A stretch of 64,000 nt of DNA from an uncultured Lachnospiraceae bacterium (GCA_964616165.1 CAZTTS010000003.1:4349-68348); one strand, 5' to 3'. Numbered from the stretch's first letter, positions 39,089-49,696 are shown. The notes: generated by a model not told the origin, from the sequence alone. Translations and numbers: made by a program.

Positions 39089-39511
39089 TTATTTATCTAA
39101 TTTTTCATCTTTAACTACACTTGCTAAAATCCCATTTACAAATTTAGCAGAAGAATCTGTGCCATATTTCTTAGCCATTTCAACTGCTTCATTTATAGCA
39201 ATCTTATATGGTAACTTTTCATAAACCATTTCTGCTATTGCTAAAAATAAAATACTTAGATCTATTTTTGATATTCGATTTATTTCCCAATCAGATTTTA
39301 GATTTTTCTTTATTGATTCATTAATATAATTAAAGTGATCCTGAACTATATATACTGTTTTATATATTTCAGTAGCATCTTCTTCTGAAATTTCATAAAT
39401 TTCAAAATAGTTTTTTAACTCTATTTTAGTTAAATTTTTTTGATCTTTCCAAAAGAATGTAGAGAATATATATTTAAAAGTTAATTCTCTTATTTCTGTT
39501 TTGCTTAACAT
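39089..39511 (-). CDS. nusB: Transcription antitermination factor NusB
   Basis: W...RISKIDLSIL, IAINEAVEMAKKYG...FVNGILA. Confidence 0.95.
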   Translation of the reverse strand: MLSKTEIRELTFKYIFSTFFWKDQKNLTKIELKNYFEIYEISEEDATEIYKTVYIVQDHFNYINESIKKNLKSDWEINRISKIDLSILFLAIAEMVYEKLPYKIAINEAVEMAKKYGTDSSAKFVNGILASVVKDEKLDK

Positions 39512-40296
39512 TATTTTTTCACCTTTGATGTTTTTGTTTCCTTTTTTTCAGAAGTTTTTTCTTTGCTATTAGTTGTTTTATCTTCTTTTTGAACCTTTGT
39601 TTCCTTAATATCTTTTGTAGTTTTTACTTCTTTGTTTTCCTTCGTTGCTTTTGTTTTTTTAGTTTCATCTTTAGCTTCTTCTTCCACAATTTCTTCTTTT
39701 TCTGTTGGTATTTCTTCTTTTTCCTCTCTTTGTTTCATTTCTGGGCTAGTTTTATTAGAAATTTTATCAATATTCACATTAACTTCGCTTACTTCTAAAT
39801 CTGAAGCTTGTTTAATTGCAAATTTTATATCTTCTTGCATTCTTTTAGTTACTTCCTTGATAATTGCATCTTGATATACTACAGCACTTATATTAACTAC
39901 TATTTCATTGTTTTCATCTAAATGTATTTTAGAAGATATACTTTCTGTACCTTGTATTTTTTTCGAAATATCTCTTACTAAATTTTCTAAAGTTTCTCTT
40001 GAAATTAATAATTTCCCATTATTGTTTTCTAATAATATTCCGTCAATTTTATCTTTTTTAGTCTTTGATTGAAATAAAAAGCCTTTTAACGATAAAATAA
40101 ATAGCACAATTAAAACTATTGCTGAACCTATTACAACATCTTTATCTACACTTAATAACATATAATATGTTTTTGGTGCAGATTCTAAAATTTCACGTGC
40201 ACCAAAAAGATCAAATAATAATAATACTACAAATACAATATTTAATAACATTATTAGTGAAAACAGCCATAAAATAAATTTATCAAATTTTTTCAT
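39511..40296 (-). CDS. amaP: Alkaline shock response membrane anchor protein AmaP
   Basis: Two N-terminal TMs, G.LLIS.ETLENL, downstream of asp23; Lys/Glu-rich tail. Confidence 0.82.
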   Translation of the reverse strand: MKKFDKFILWLFSLIMLLNIVFVVLLLFDLFGAREILESAPKTYYMLLSVDKDVVIGSAIVLIVLFILSLKGFLFQSKTKKDKIDGILLENNNGKLLISRETLENLVRDISKKIQGTESISSKIHLDENNEIVVNISAVVYQDAIIKEVTKRMQEDIKFAIKQASDLEVSEVNVNIDKISNKTSPEMKQREEKEEIPTEKEEIVEEEAKDETKKTKATKENKEVKTTKDIKETKVQKEDKTTNSKEKTSEKKETKTSKVKK

Positions 40297-40757
40297 TATT
40301 CATCCTCCTTAGGATTTTTTTCTATTATTACATCATCTTTAATATTTTCTTTTGTTTTTTCTACATCCATGTTTATCCCTTGAACATGAACATTTACTTC
40401 TCGTACTTCTAAACCTGTCATTGCTTCAACAGATTTTTTAACTCTTGTTTGTATTTCAAAAGCAACTTCTGGAATTCTTGTTCCAAAATCAACAATAATA
40501 TTTGCATCTATTTTACATTTATTTTCTTTAATATCTACTTTAATTCCCTTGCCTTCTTTATTTTTTGTTTTAAAGGCTTCAGTTATATTGTCAAAAAATC
40601 CTGTAATTCTGTTAGCACCTATAACTTCAGATATCGCAACACCAGCAATTGTAGCTACTACTTCTGGTGAAATTTCTAAGTCATCCTGTATTTGTTCTTC
40701 AGGATTAATATTTTCAACTTTTTCTTCTTCCACTTTTTTCTCTTTTTTCTTTGCCAT
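40296..40757 (-). CDS. Asp23/Gls24 family envelope stress protein
   Basis: ISPEVVATIAG.A, VDFGTRIPEVA..IQ..VK..VE.MTGLEV.EVNVHVQGI. Confidence 0.92.
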   Translation of the reverse strand: MAKKKEKKVEEEKVENINPEEQIQDDLEISPEVVATIAGVAISEVIGANRITGFFDNITEAFKTKNKEGKGIKVDIKENKCKIDANIIVDFGTRIPEVAFEIQTRVKKSVEAMTGLEVREVNVHVQGINMDVEKTKENIKDDVIIEKNPKEDE

Positions 40758-40960
40758 AGTAACCCCCTAATTATATTTAGTATACCAATTTATTATATAA
40801 AATACAATAATAACTAATACTCAAAATATCATACTATCTCTATTAAATCTATCTTGTTTATTTTTTTTATTTTATTCTCTTTACTGCATTTTCTTTTTAA
40901 ATTTGTTTTACTTTATTGCTTTTCTAAAGTATAATTTATTTGAAAAGAAAAAAATAAAGG

Positions 40961-41542
40961 ATGGTAAATATGGAAAGATCTAAACTAATTATAATAGAAG
41001 GCCCACAAGGTGTTGGCAAGTCAGGCTTAACATCATATTTAAGAGAAAAGGTCCCTTCATGTGACTTGTATAGATTAAGTGGAGTAAAAGACAAAACGAT
41101 AACAGGAAGAGAAAAGTCTATACAAAGATATTATTCTTTAATGGCTTATTTAAAGGAACAAGAAAGTGTTGGTTTAAATGAACTATTTGATAGAACATTC
41201 CCTACAGATTATGTATATGCAAATTTAGGGTATAAAGAATATGATTTTGAAGATATTTTTAAAGAATTAACAGAAAAACTTAACAATCTTAATTTTGATA
41301 TTTATTATTTTTCATTATATCTTGAAGACCCTGAATTATTTAAAATTCGCTTACAAAGAGATGATAAACATAGCTACCAAGAAGTAAGTATAGATAATAG
41401 TCTTAAACAACAAGAAGAATATAAAAAAGTAGCAGATTACTTTAAAACTTTTGATAATATTAAAGTTTATGAAATAGCTACAGATGACTTTGATAAAGCA
41501 TATAGACAAATAGATAAAATATTGGGAATTGAAAAAGAATAG
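40961..41542 (+). CDS. P-loop nucleotide kinase (thymidylate/dNMP kinase-like)
   Basis: LIIIEGPQGVGKS Walker A; FDRTF..DYVY. Confidence 0.7.
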   Translation: MVNMERSKLIIIEGPQGVGKSGLTSYLREKVPSCDLYRLSGVKDKTITGREKSIQRYYSLMAYLKEQESVGLNELFDRTFPTDYVYANLGYKEYDFEDIFKELTEKLNNLNFDIYYFSLYLEDPELFKIRLQRDDKHSYQEVSIDNSLKQQEEYKKVADYFKTFDNIKVYEIATDDFDKAYRQIDKILGIEKE

Positions 41543-41552
41543 GGGGAAAATT

Positions 41553-42296
41553 ATGGATAAAAATTTAAACTTAGTTATAACTAAATTCAAAGAAAAGACC
41601 AAAAAACAGTGCTTTTCTTATACATTATCAGAAGAAAAAGCAGAAATCACAGATAGTAAATTAGGGGGACTTCCTTATATGAAGGAAGACGAAGATTATC
41701 CTCTAGATTCTTCAGGAAAACCAATGCCATTACTTGCACAAATAAACTTTGCAGATATTGATCTAGAAAATTATCCAAAAACAGGATTATTACAAATATT
41801 TACAGAAAACCCTCTTAGTTATCCAGTAGAATATAAAATAAAATATGTTGAAGATATATCAAGTAAGCCAAATAAAAATCTAACAAAAATAGGTTTAACT
41901 ACTTTTGTAATAGAGGAAGAAATGAAATTAAACATAATACCAGATATTGCATACATGCCTTTTAGTGATTATCGATTTAATGGTATTTTAAAGGAAATTT
42001 TACATGAAGTATACGGTTCAGATGATAATTTAGAAAACATTATTGATGTTATCTTAAACAATATTGAACCACAAAGTGGTTTAATTGGTGGTTATGCTGA
42101 TTTCACTCAAAATGATCCCAGAACAAACAAACCAACTAAAACTCATCTAAGTGAATGCATTATAAAAATTGATAGTTATTTAAATATAAACAAAATATTT
42201 TTAGGTGATGCAGGAATAGCTTGGTTATTAATTTCTGAAGAAGATTTAAAAGCAAAAAGACTTGAAAATGCTGAATTTGATTGGGATTGTTATTAA
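41553..42296 (+). CDS. YwqG/DUF1963 family protein
   Basis: SKLGGLPY, MPLLAQINF, IGGYADFTQNDPR, GDAG...LI...DL....F...W.C. Confidence 0.88.
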   Translation: MDKNLNLVITKFKEKTKKQCFSYTLSEEKAEITDSKLGGLPYMKEDEDYPLDSSGKPMPLLAQINFADIDLENYPKTGLLQIFTENPLSYPVEYKIKYVEDISSKPNKNLTKIGLTTFVIEEEMKLNIIPDIAYMPFSDYRFNGILKEILHEVYGSDDNLENIIDVILNNIEPQSGLIGGYADFTQNDPRTNKPTKTHLSECIIKIDSYLNINKIFLGDAGIAWLLISEEDLKAKRLENAEFDWDCY

Positions 42297-42375
42297 CACT
42301 TTTTAAAAAAATATCAAAAAATTAAATAAAATTAAATAAAATAAAATTAAATATTAAATCAAGAAAAGAATAAAC

Positions 42376-42406
42376 AAAAATACTAGGTATATACCTAGTA
42401 TTTTTT
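42376..42406. terminator. Perfect palindromic bidirectional terminator
   Basis: AAAAATACTAGGTATATACCTAGTATTTTT between convergent ywqG-like gene and tRNA. Confidence 0.8.
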
Positions 42407-42492
42407 GGTACCGGTCGTGGGACTCGAACCCACACATCTATAAAGATAACAGATTTTGAGTCTGTCCTGTCTACCAATTCCAGCACACCGGC
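42406..42492 (-). tRNA. tRNA-Leu (anticodon CAA), CCA encoded
   Basis: GCCGGTG acceptor stem, D-loop GGAATTGGTAGAC, anticodon arm ACAGA-CTCAAAA-TCTGT, long variable arm, GGTTCGAGTCC, 3' ACCA. Confidence 0.97.
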
Positions 42493-43752
42493 TTATTTGT
42501 TTCCTCCATGATCTTCCATTTCATCTATTGATCTTGAAACACTATGTTCTATTTTTTCCCAAGCTTTAGTTGGTTTAAATATAACTTTAATATTAATCAT
42601 TATCCAAGAAAGCATAAATACTGGAAAACCTAATATACCTTTCCATAGTTTTTTAAATGATTTCTTTTCTATTATAACTGTAAGAATCGCTCCTAGAAGA
42701 GGCATAATAACTATTGTAAAGAAGTATAATAACACATTTATAAATAAATCTGTTTTTCCCATTTGTCCAAGAAAATATAATGCAAAATTAAGTGATACAA
42801 GTACTATGGCAACCAAGAACATTGGAACACCTAAAATATATAATAACATATCAAAATTTGTCATTGTTTTCCATCTTGCTGTAGCCTTAGCTAAATCTTT
42901 GGTATATGCTCTTAAACATTGTATATGTCCTGTTGTCCATCTTTCCCTTTGTTTCCAACTTTGCACAAAACCTGTAGGTTGTTCATCATAAACAATAGCT
43001 TTTCTTTGCCATCCTAATTTTTGACCTTCAATAACTGTTAATAAAGAATACTCTATATCTTCTGTTAAAGTTTTTGTATTCCATCCTTTTTCTTTAATTA
43101 ATTCCATATTAACCATAAAAGCTGTACCATTTAATAATGGTGATAAGCCCATATTATATCTAGCTAAGTGGAAAAATCTATGCATCATCCAATAATATAT
43201 TGCATATCCCCCTGAAACCCAAGAATCAGTTGGATTCTTAATATCTCTATATCCTTGAACTACTTTTTCACCTTGGCATAATGATATATTCATATGTTTT
43301 AAAAATTCTGAATCAACAATATTATCTGCATCAAATACAATCATTGCATCATATTTTTTTTCTAATGTGGGCATTATTTTTGTTAAAAACCAATCCAATG
43401 CAAAACCCTTAGTTTTCTTTGTAAGATCATTTCTTTCATAAACAATTGCTCCATGTTCTTGTGCTACTTCTTTTGTTTTATCAGTAGAATTATCAGCAAT
43501 AACATAAGTATCATATAAATCTTTAGGATACTCTATTTTCATAATAGAGTCTACCAAATTACCTACAACAGCTTCTTCATTATGTGCTGGTATTACTATC
43601 ATGAATCTATGGTCTTTCTCTATCTTTAAAGGTTTTTCTTTTACTTTAACTAATGCTGCAAGAGCAATAATAAACTGATATAACCAAAATATATTGGTTA
43701 TAACAATTAAACTTATTTGAGCTATTTCTACTACCTTTGTAAATACTGCCAT
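42493..43752 (-). CDS. GT2 family glycosyltransferase (cellulose-synthase-like, multi-TM)
   Basis: IPAHNEE, IADNSTD, DADN (DxD), TED, QRERW; N- and C-terminal TMs. Confidence 0.93.
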   Translation of the reverse strand: MAVFTKVVEIAQISLIVITNIFWLYQFIIALAALVKVKEKPLKIEKDHRFMIVIPAHNEEAVVGNLVDSIMKIEYPKDLYDTYVIADNSTDKTKEVAQEHGAIVYERNDLTKKTKGFALDWFLTKIMPTLEKKYDAMIVFDADNIVDSEFLKHMNISLCQGEKVVQGYRDIKNPTDSWVSGGYAIYYWMMHRFFHLARYNMGLSPLLNGTAFMVNMELIKEKGWNTKTLTEDIEYSLLTVIEGQKLGWQRKAIVYDEQPTGFVQSWKQRERWTTGHIQCLRAYTKDLAKATARWKTMTNFDMLLYILGVPMFLVAIVLVSLNFALYFLGQMGKTDLFINVLLYFFTIVIMPLLGAILTVIIEKKSFKKLWKGILGFPVFMLSWIMINIKVIFKPTKAWEKIEHSVSRSIDEMEDHGGNK

Positions 43753-43813
43753 TTTTCTTCTTTCTTTTTTATTATAATAATTATAGCAAAATTGCTCATA
43801 ATTAGCAATTTTA

Positions 43814-46093
43814 TTATATATTATAAGGGTTTAATTCAATTATAATATTTGTTCCTTTAGGTATTTTAATAAATTTTACTACCTTATTAATCCAATAAGA
43901 TATTTGATTATTTAAATCTAATTTTAAGATTATTTTCCACCTATATTTATTTTGTATTTTAGTCACTCTATATGCTTGTGGCTCAAAAATTTGTATATTA
44001 TCATGTATTTTAGTTTTATTTAATAATCTATACAAATCTGTGATGGTTTTTTCTGCATCTTCATTTGTATCTGCAAAAATTGATATTAAAAGTATGTCCA
44101 CAAATGGTGGATATTTTAACATTTTTCTAATTTCTATTTCAGAATCATAAAAATCCTTATAGTTTTGTTTTTGAGCTAATTCAATAATATAGTGATCTGG
44201 ATTATATGTTTGAATAATAGCAATACCAGGATTTAATTCATCTCTTCCCGCTCTACCAATTATTTGTACCAATGTTTGAAAAGACATCTCATTAGCTCTA
44301 TAATTTTCTATATTTAACATATTATCCGCTAATATTACTGATGATAAATTTACTTGAGGAAAATCATGACCCTTTGTTACCATTTGGGTTCCTATTAATG
44401 CATCAATTTTATTGTTTTTAAATTCCTCTAAAATTTTACCATGTGAATCTTTTAATTTTACAGAATCAAAATCTAGTCTTGTTGTACTTAAATTGTCAAT
44501 TTCTTTTTTTAACATTTCTTCTAATTGCTGTATTCCTATGCCAACTTGCTTTAATATACCATTACATTTTGGGCATGACTTTGGCATTAAAAGCTCATAT
44601 CCACAATAATGACATTTTAAAATATTTTCTTGTTTGTGATATCTTAAATTAATTTGACATTTAGGACAAGAAATTGTATGTCCACAATCATCACAAATTA
44701 AAAGTCTTGAATATCCTCTCTTGTTTAAAAATATAATACTTTGCTTATTGTCTTCTTTACTTTCTATTAATTTAGATATTAATTCTTTTGATAATATATT
44801 CCTACTTTTTCTTAAATCTATAATTTCAACATTAGGTAATTTTGCATTATTAGCACGTTTTGTTAATTCTAATAATTTTATCTTTCCAATTTGTGTCTTA
44901 TAATATGTTTCTATTAAAGGTGTAGCTGAACCTAATAATAATACTGCGTTTTCAGTTTTAGCAAAATATCTCGCTATTTCAGTAGCATGGTATTTAGGAG
45001 TAATCTCAGACTTATATGACGAATCATGTTCTTCATCAATAATAATAATTCCTAAATTATTTATTGGAGCAAATATTGCAGATCTTGTTCCAATAACAAT
45101 TTTAGCTTCTCCTTTTTCAATTCTTATCCATTCTTCAAATCTTTCTCTGTCAGTTAATCTACTATGCAATATTGCTAAATTTTCTTCACCAAATCTTGAT
45201 GTAAATCTTTTAATCATTTGAGGAGTTAAGGCTATTTCTGGCACTAATACAATTGCTGTTTTATTCATTTTTAAAACATAGTCTATTATTTGTAAATAAA
45301 CTTCTGTTTTACCAGAACTTGTTACTCCATGAAGTAAATATTCCTCATATTTTTTTTCTTTGATAGAAGATATTATTTTATTATATGCTTCCTTTTGTTC
45401 TTTGTTTAAAACTTTCTTAGTATCTGCAATATGTGATTTAAACTTATATCCCTCTATTTTTTTTGATTCATAAATTCTGTTTATAATTCCATTATTAATC
45501 ATTGTATTAATAACACTTATACTTATAGCTATGTTTTCTATTAAATCTTTTTCTAATATTTTATATATGTCTTCATTATTACCTTCATTATTTCTTAAGT
45601 TTTTAAAATGCTTTCTTGCATAATCTAAAACTTCTTTTTGTTTTGATGTAATCCTTAATGTTTTATTGCTTTTTTCTTTATATATTTTAAGATATTCTTC
45701 TAGGTCTTTTTCCGTTAAATAATTAAAAACTATATGTTTTTCTTCCAATTCTTTCATAATATTATCTGAGGATTTTCGATATCCTGGATTTAACATTAAT
45801 TTTATTGCTGAAGATAAATTACAAAAATATCTTTTAGACATTATTTTTGCTAGTTTAATTTTAGATTCAGATAGTAGTTCACCTGTTAAAACTTCTAATA
45901 TTTCTTTTGTCGCATATTCTGATTTTGTCATAATATCTAATACAAAAGCATCTCTTTTAGAATTGCCTTTCCCAAATGGAATAAAAACTCTTGATCCTAA
46001 AACTACCTTGTCCTTTAAATGATGTGGTACTTTATAATCAAAAGTCTTATTTAAATCTAATGTTTTTGTGTTTAATATTACTTTTACATACAC
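43814..46093 (-). CDS. priA: Primosomal protein N'
   Basis: LLHGVTSSGKTEVY, VPEIALTPQ, DEEH, four CxxC pairs, GRAGR. Confidence 0.97.
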   Translation of the reverse strand: MYVKVILNTKTLDLNKTFDYKVPHHLKDKVVLGSRVFIPFGKGNSKRDAFVLDIMTKSEYATKEILEVLTGELLSESKIKLAKIMSKRYFCNLSSAIKLMLNPGYRKSSDNIMKELEEKHIVFNYLTEKDLEEYLKIYKEKSNKTLRITSKQKEVLDYARKHFKNLRNNEGNNEDIYKILEKDLIENIAISISVINTMINNGIINRIYESKKIEGYKFKSHIADTKKVLNKEQKEAYNKIISSIKEKKYEEYLLHGVTSSGKTEVYLQIIDYVLKMNKTAIVLVPEIALTPQMIKRFTSRFGEENLAILHSRLTDRERFEEWIRIEKGEAKIVIGTRSAIFAPINNLGIIIIDEEHDSSYKSEITPKYHATEIARYFAKTENAVLLLGSATPLIETYYKTQIGKIKLLELTKRANNAKLPNVEIIDLRKSRNILSKELISKLIESKEDNKQSIIFLNKRGYSRLLICDDCGHTISCPKCQINLRYHKQENILKCHYCGYELLMPKSCPKCNGILKQVGIGIQQLEEMLKKEIDNLSTTRLDFDSVKLKDSHGKILEEFKNNKIDALIGTQMVTKGHDFPQVNLSSVILADNMLNIENYRANEMSFQTLVQIIGRAGRDELNPGIAIIQTYNPDHYIIELAQKQNYKDFYDSEIEIRKMLKYPPFVDILLISIFADTNEDAEKTITDLYRLLNKTKIHDNIQIFEPQAYRVTKIQNKYRWKIILKLDLNNQISYWINKVVKFIKIPKGTNIIIELNPYNI

Positions 46094-46122
46094 TTATTCT
46101 TACCTTTAATTCATTATTAAAT

Positions 46123-46683
46123 TTATTGTTTTAATTTATATTCTTCTTCTATTATTCTTTCAATAATATTTAAAGTTTTTTCTAAATTATCATTATGTAC
46201 AACATAATCATACATTGTTAACATTGACTCTTCATATTCTAGTCTTGCAAGCCTTCGTTCTGCATTCTCTGGAGTTTCACCTCTATCTAATAGTCTTTGA
46301 TATAATTCTTCTTTTTTTACTTTCAAAAATATTGATATAGTTTTTAGCTCATCTTTAAATATATCCATTAATTCTCTCGTTCCATTTACATCTATGTCTT
46401 TAATTACAATCTTTCCATTTGCTATTTGTCCATCCAACTCATCTTTAGAAGTACCATAATAATTGTCATGATGAATTGAATATTCATATAATTTTTCTTT
46501 TTCTATTAAATCAACAAACTCTTCTTGTGAAACAAAAAAATATCTATCTAAATCATCTTTATTATCTCTAGGTGCCCTAGTTGTATATGATTTAATAGTA
46601 CCTAATTTTGGATTTCTTTTCATTAATTCTACTTTTATTGTATCTTTCCCAGAGCCTGCAACTCCAGATAAAATTATAAGCAT
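46123..46683 (-). CDS. gmk: Guanylate kinase
   Basis: SGVAGSGKDT, SYTTRAPR, YFFVS.EEF, YYGT, DIDVNG. Confidence 0.93.
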   Translation of the reverse strand: MLIILSGVAGSGKDTIKVELMKRNPKLGTIKSYTTRAPRDNKDDLDRYFFVSQEEFVDLIEKEKLYEYSIHHDNYYGTSKDELDGQIANGKIVIKDIDVNGTRELMDIFKDELKTISIFLKVKKEELYQRLLDRGETPENAERRLARLEYEESMLTMYDYVVHNDNLEKTLNIIERIIEEEYKLKQ

Positions 46684-46765
46684 AAATTCTCCTTACATGA
46701 AAATAGATTTTATTATAATGCAAATTTGCTATATACTAAAATCCATCCATTTCGTTTATTATTTT

Positions 46766-46978
46766 TTATTCAAGTTCTGCGACATTATACACTTTACCCT
46801 CAGCTACTTCATGAGCTGCTAATGTAAGTGGATGTTGATGTCTAAATATTGTTAATTTTTCACTTCCTTGATGTATTTCTCTAGCTCTTTTAGCAACTAG
46901 CACTATTAATTCATAAGTATCATTAACTCTTTTTCTTAATTCTTCTGTATTTGGTTCTGTTATCATTGTTCCCTCCAA
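46766..46978 (-). CDS. rpoZ: RNA polymerase omega subunit
   Basis: P...L..RV...YELIVLVAKRAREI...PLTLAAHEVAEGK. Confidence 0.92.
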   Translation of the reverse strand: MEGTMITEPNTEELRKRVNDTYELIVLVAKRAREIHQGSEKLTIFRHQHPLTLAAHEVAEGKVYNVAELE

Positions 46979-47554
46979 TTAGATGTATGATTCTCTATTA
47001 TCTTTTAATATTTCTTTAATATCTGATCTTGATCTCATATATTCAACATATACTATTCGAGATTGTATTAATCCTTTAACTATATAGTATATTATATAAC
47101 AAAAAGATAGAATAAGCAAAGAATTACCATTAAATATAGGATGTCCTTGAATCATTTCAGAACATATTAATAACGCAAAAGCATAAATCATTGTTTCTAA
47201 TAGCAAAAGAAATTGAGATTTATTAAAATCATGATATAGTTTTTCAGCTAATAATATAACTCCACTTATTAATAAAATTTCTATAATTCTCAATGCCCAA
47301 ATATTAATTATTGATTTTTCAAAATAAAAAAAGAACATTACAATTGTTAATGCTGCTATAAATATAGCTTTCCAATATTCCATTAATTGTACTTTTGTTC
47401 TTTCTCTTTTAAGTCTTGGTGGAAGAGTAATATTTAAATCTCTTACAATTTGTTCTTCTTCTTTAGTTAATTTAGAATCTTTTTTTCTTTTATTTTTAAC
47501 CGTATTGTTTTTTAATAATTCATTTGTTTCTTCATCAAAATCACTTTTATTCAT
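46979..47554 (-). CDS. Hypothetical multi-pass membrane protein
   Basis: About four hydrophobic helices; translationally coupled to rpoZ. Confidence 0.65.
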   Translation of the reverse strand: MNKSDFDEETNELLKNNTVKNKRKKDSKLTKEEEQIVRDLNITLPPRLKRERTKVQLMEYWKAIFIAALTIVMFFFYFEKSIINIWALRIIEILLISGVILLAEKLYHDFNKSQFLLLLETMIYAFALLICSEMIQGHPIFNGNSLLILSFCYIIYYIVKGLIQSRIVYVEYMRSRSDIKEILKDNRESYI

Positions 47555-47638
47555 TCAAGCCTCCTATACAAAAATTGTATTCTATTTTTTATATTCTTTC
47601 AAGCATTATAGGCATTCATTCCTTACTTTAGAAAACTT

Positions 47639-48367
47639 TTAATCTTCAAAATCTCCAAGTAAATATTGTAATAAAGATAAAATAACTGCACTTGCTGTTT
47701 CAGTTCTAAAAATTCTTGGTCCTAAATTAATTAATTTTATTTTTTCATACAAATATTTTCTTTCATCATCTGAAAAACCACCTTCAGGTCCTATAACAAC
47801 TGCTATTGTTTTTATGTTTGCATCACTTAGTAAATTTAATTTAAATTTATCTTCTGTGCTTTTAGTATCTAAATATAAGCTTAAATCATACTTACTAAAA
47901 TCAATATTTTGTATTTTGTTTATATATTGAATTTTAGAAATAATATTTCTTTTTGATTGTTGAGCAGCAGATTTTGCAATCTTATTCCATCTTTCTATTT
48001 TCTTGTCTACATCTTTCTTTTGTAGTTTAACTACAGATCTTTCCATCTGTACGGCATAAACATTCATAACTCCTAATTCTACAGCTTTTTCAATAATATA
48101 TTCCATTTTATTTAATTTAGGAATTCCTTGAAAAATATCAATTTGAACATTTGATTCATTAGAAATTAATTCTTTAATCGGTTTAATTGTTAAAGGTTTT
48201 ATATTAGTTATTTGAGCTTCATATACCTCTTTTTTAGAATCAACAACTTCCAGAAATTCTCCTACAGTTTTTCTCATTACAAGAAGTATATGTCTCTTAT
48301 CTTCTTCATTTTCAATAAGATATTCTTCACCATTTAAATTAATATTATTATTTAAAAATATTCTCAT
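47639..48367 (-). CDS. rsmE: 16S rRNA m3U1498 methyltransferase RsmE
   Basis: HILLVMR, KMEYIIEKAVELG, AAQQSKR, IGPEGGFS, LGPRIFRTETA. Confidence 0.96.
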   Translation of the reverse strand: MRIFLNNNINLNGEEYLIENEEDKRHILLVMRKTVGEFLEVVDSKKEVYEAQITNIKPLTIKPIKELISNESNVQIDIFQGIPKLNKMEYIIEKAVELGVMNVYAVQMERSVVKLQKKDVDKKIERWNKIAKSAAQQSKRNIISKIQYINKIQNIDFSKYDLSLYLDTKSTEDKFKLNLLSDANIKTIAVVIGPEGGFSDDERKYLYEKIKLINLGPRIFRTETASAVILSLLQYLLGDFED

Positions 48368-48460
48368 AGTATCCCAACTCTTTGTTACTTACTTCTATAA
48401 TTAAATATATTATTAATTATACTTTAAATCAAGATATACAATGTTTCTATGGAACAAAAT

Positions 48461-48486
48461 AAAAAGAGGATTTAAGTCCTCTTAAT
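48461..48486 (-). terminator. Intrinsic terminator
   Basis: AAGAGGAT-ttaa-GTCCTCTT with a T-tract on the minus strand. Confidence 0.65.
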
Positions 48487-48509
48487 ACATAATTGTTTTC
48501 AATTTTTAA

Positions 48510-49424
48510 TTAATGATTTTGAATATTACCTTCTGGTAAAGCAGGGTAATCTAAAACCACTCTTATTTTTAATATATATCTTAATGATCTAATAAATTTA
48601 CTATTTTTAATTTTTTGCCAAAGACTAGGTTGTATTTCAAATCTTGTTTGTTCAAAAAATGCTTCTTTAGGTAAGTTAACTTCTTCTATTTCTGGCATTT
48701 TTTCTATTTTAGGTTTCCCACCACCTCCAGCTTTTGGTGTATCATCATCGTCATCTTGCGGGAAACTTGTATTTTTAATAATTTGCTCAATAGGTGTTGG
48801 AATAAATTTTAATGCTTCTGCAATTTCAATACCTATATAGCTTAAAGCTTTAGAGCTATCTTCTATTCTTTCCAAATCAATTTCAACAAAAAGATTTGAT
48901 TCTAAATTTTGTATACTTGTTTCTATATTGTTCAATGCTTCTTTTTGTTCTTCTGCTGATCTTTTTGCAGAATTAGCTAAAACAGTTAAAGATTTAGCAA
49001 CAGGTGCTGAAAACTTACCTGTATATGTTCCAACTTTTTCTACCCATCCCTCTTCTTTTTCAGTCACTGTAGTTTTTGCTTCAGACAATAGTTGAGCTAA
49101 TTTTATATTCTCTTCTTTTGAGCGCATTAATTTTTCTAATTTTTTAGTATTTTCTTCAAATTGTGCTGTAGAATATTCAACCAAATCATATGCTACTCTA
49201 TACACAGTTGTAGGGAATTCTTTTTTATTAGGATATTCTTTAAAATATGTAGTTATTGATTCTACCAAATCTTTAAAGTAAGCATCATCTTCTAATTTAA
49301 TAATAAGTTTTTTACTATGTGGATTAATAAGACTTTTAACCTTATCAATATTTGATAAGATTTTTTCTTCAGTTATTACCATCCTTACATTAACTATTCC
49401 TGGCCTTTTGAAAAAGAAATCCAT
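48510..49424 (-). CDS. Hypothetical protein (helical, amphipathic C-terminal segment)
   Basis: AGGAGG RBS, 304 aa, no known motif. Confidence 0.7.
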   Translation of the reverse strand: MDFFFKRPGIVNVRMVITEEKILSNIDKVKSLINPHSKKLIIKLEDDAYFKDLVESITTYFKEYPNKKEFPTTVYRVAYDLVEYSTAQFEENTKKLEKLMRSKEENIKLAQLLSEAKTTVTEKEEGWVEKVGTYTGKFSAPVAKSLTVLANSAKRSAEEQKEALNNIETSIQNLESNLFVEIDLERIEDSSKALSYIGIEIAEALKFIPTPIEQIIKNTSFPQDDDDDTPKAGGGGKPKIEKMPEIEEVNLPKEAFFEQTRFEIQPSLWQKIKNSKFIRSLRYILKIRVVLDYPALPEGNIQNH

Positions 49425-49696
49425 CTATTCCTCCTAAAAGATTTAGATACTTTTATTATATGAATTTTTGTCTTATTTTTCAAGTTTTTTTAAGCTTTTA
49501 AATGTTTCATTTCTGTTACATTTCTTATTTCCCTAAGCTTTATAACTTTTGATTTAGTTTTCTCTTCTTTTTTACATATAAATCATAAATCTTAATTTAT
49601 ATAAGCAAACAATTTAATAATCAATTTAAGCAAAACAAAAAAGACATTTGAAATGTCTTTGTTTTATTTTTCCCGATAGTAATAATTAAGTTTAAA

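Noticed and set aside
48440-48458. TGTTTCTATGGAACA inverted repeat upstream of rsmE as a LexA box
   Set aside because: The orientation is the reverse of GAAC-N4-GTTC; no supporting context.
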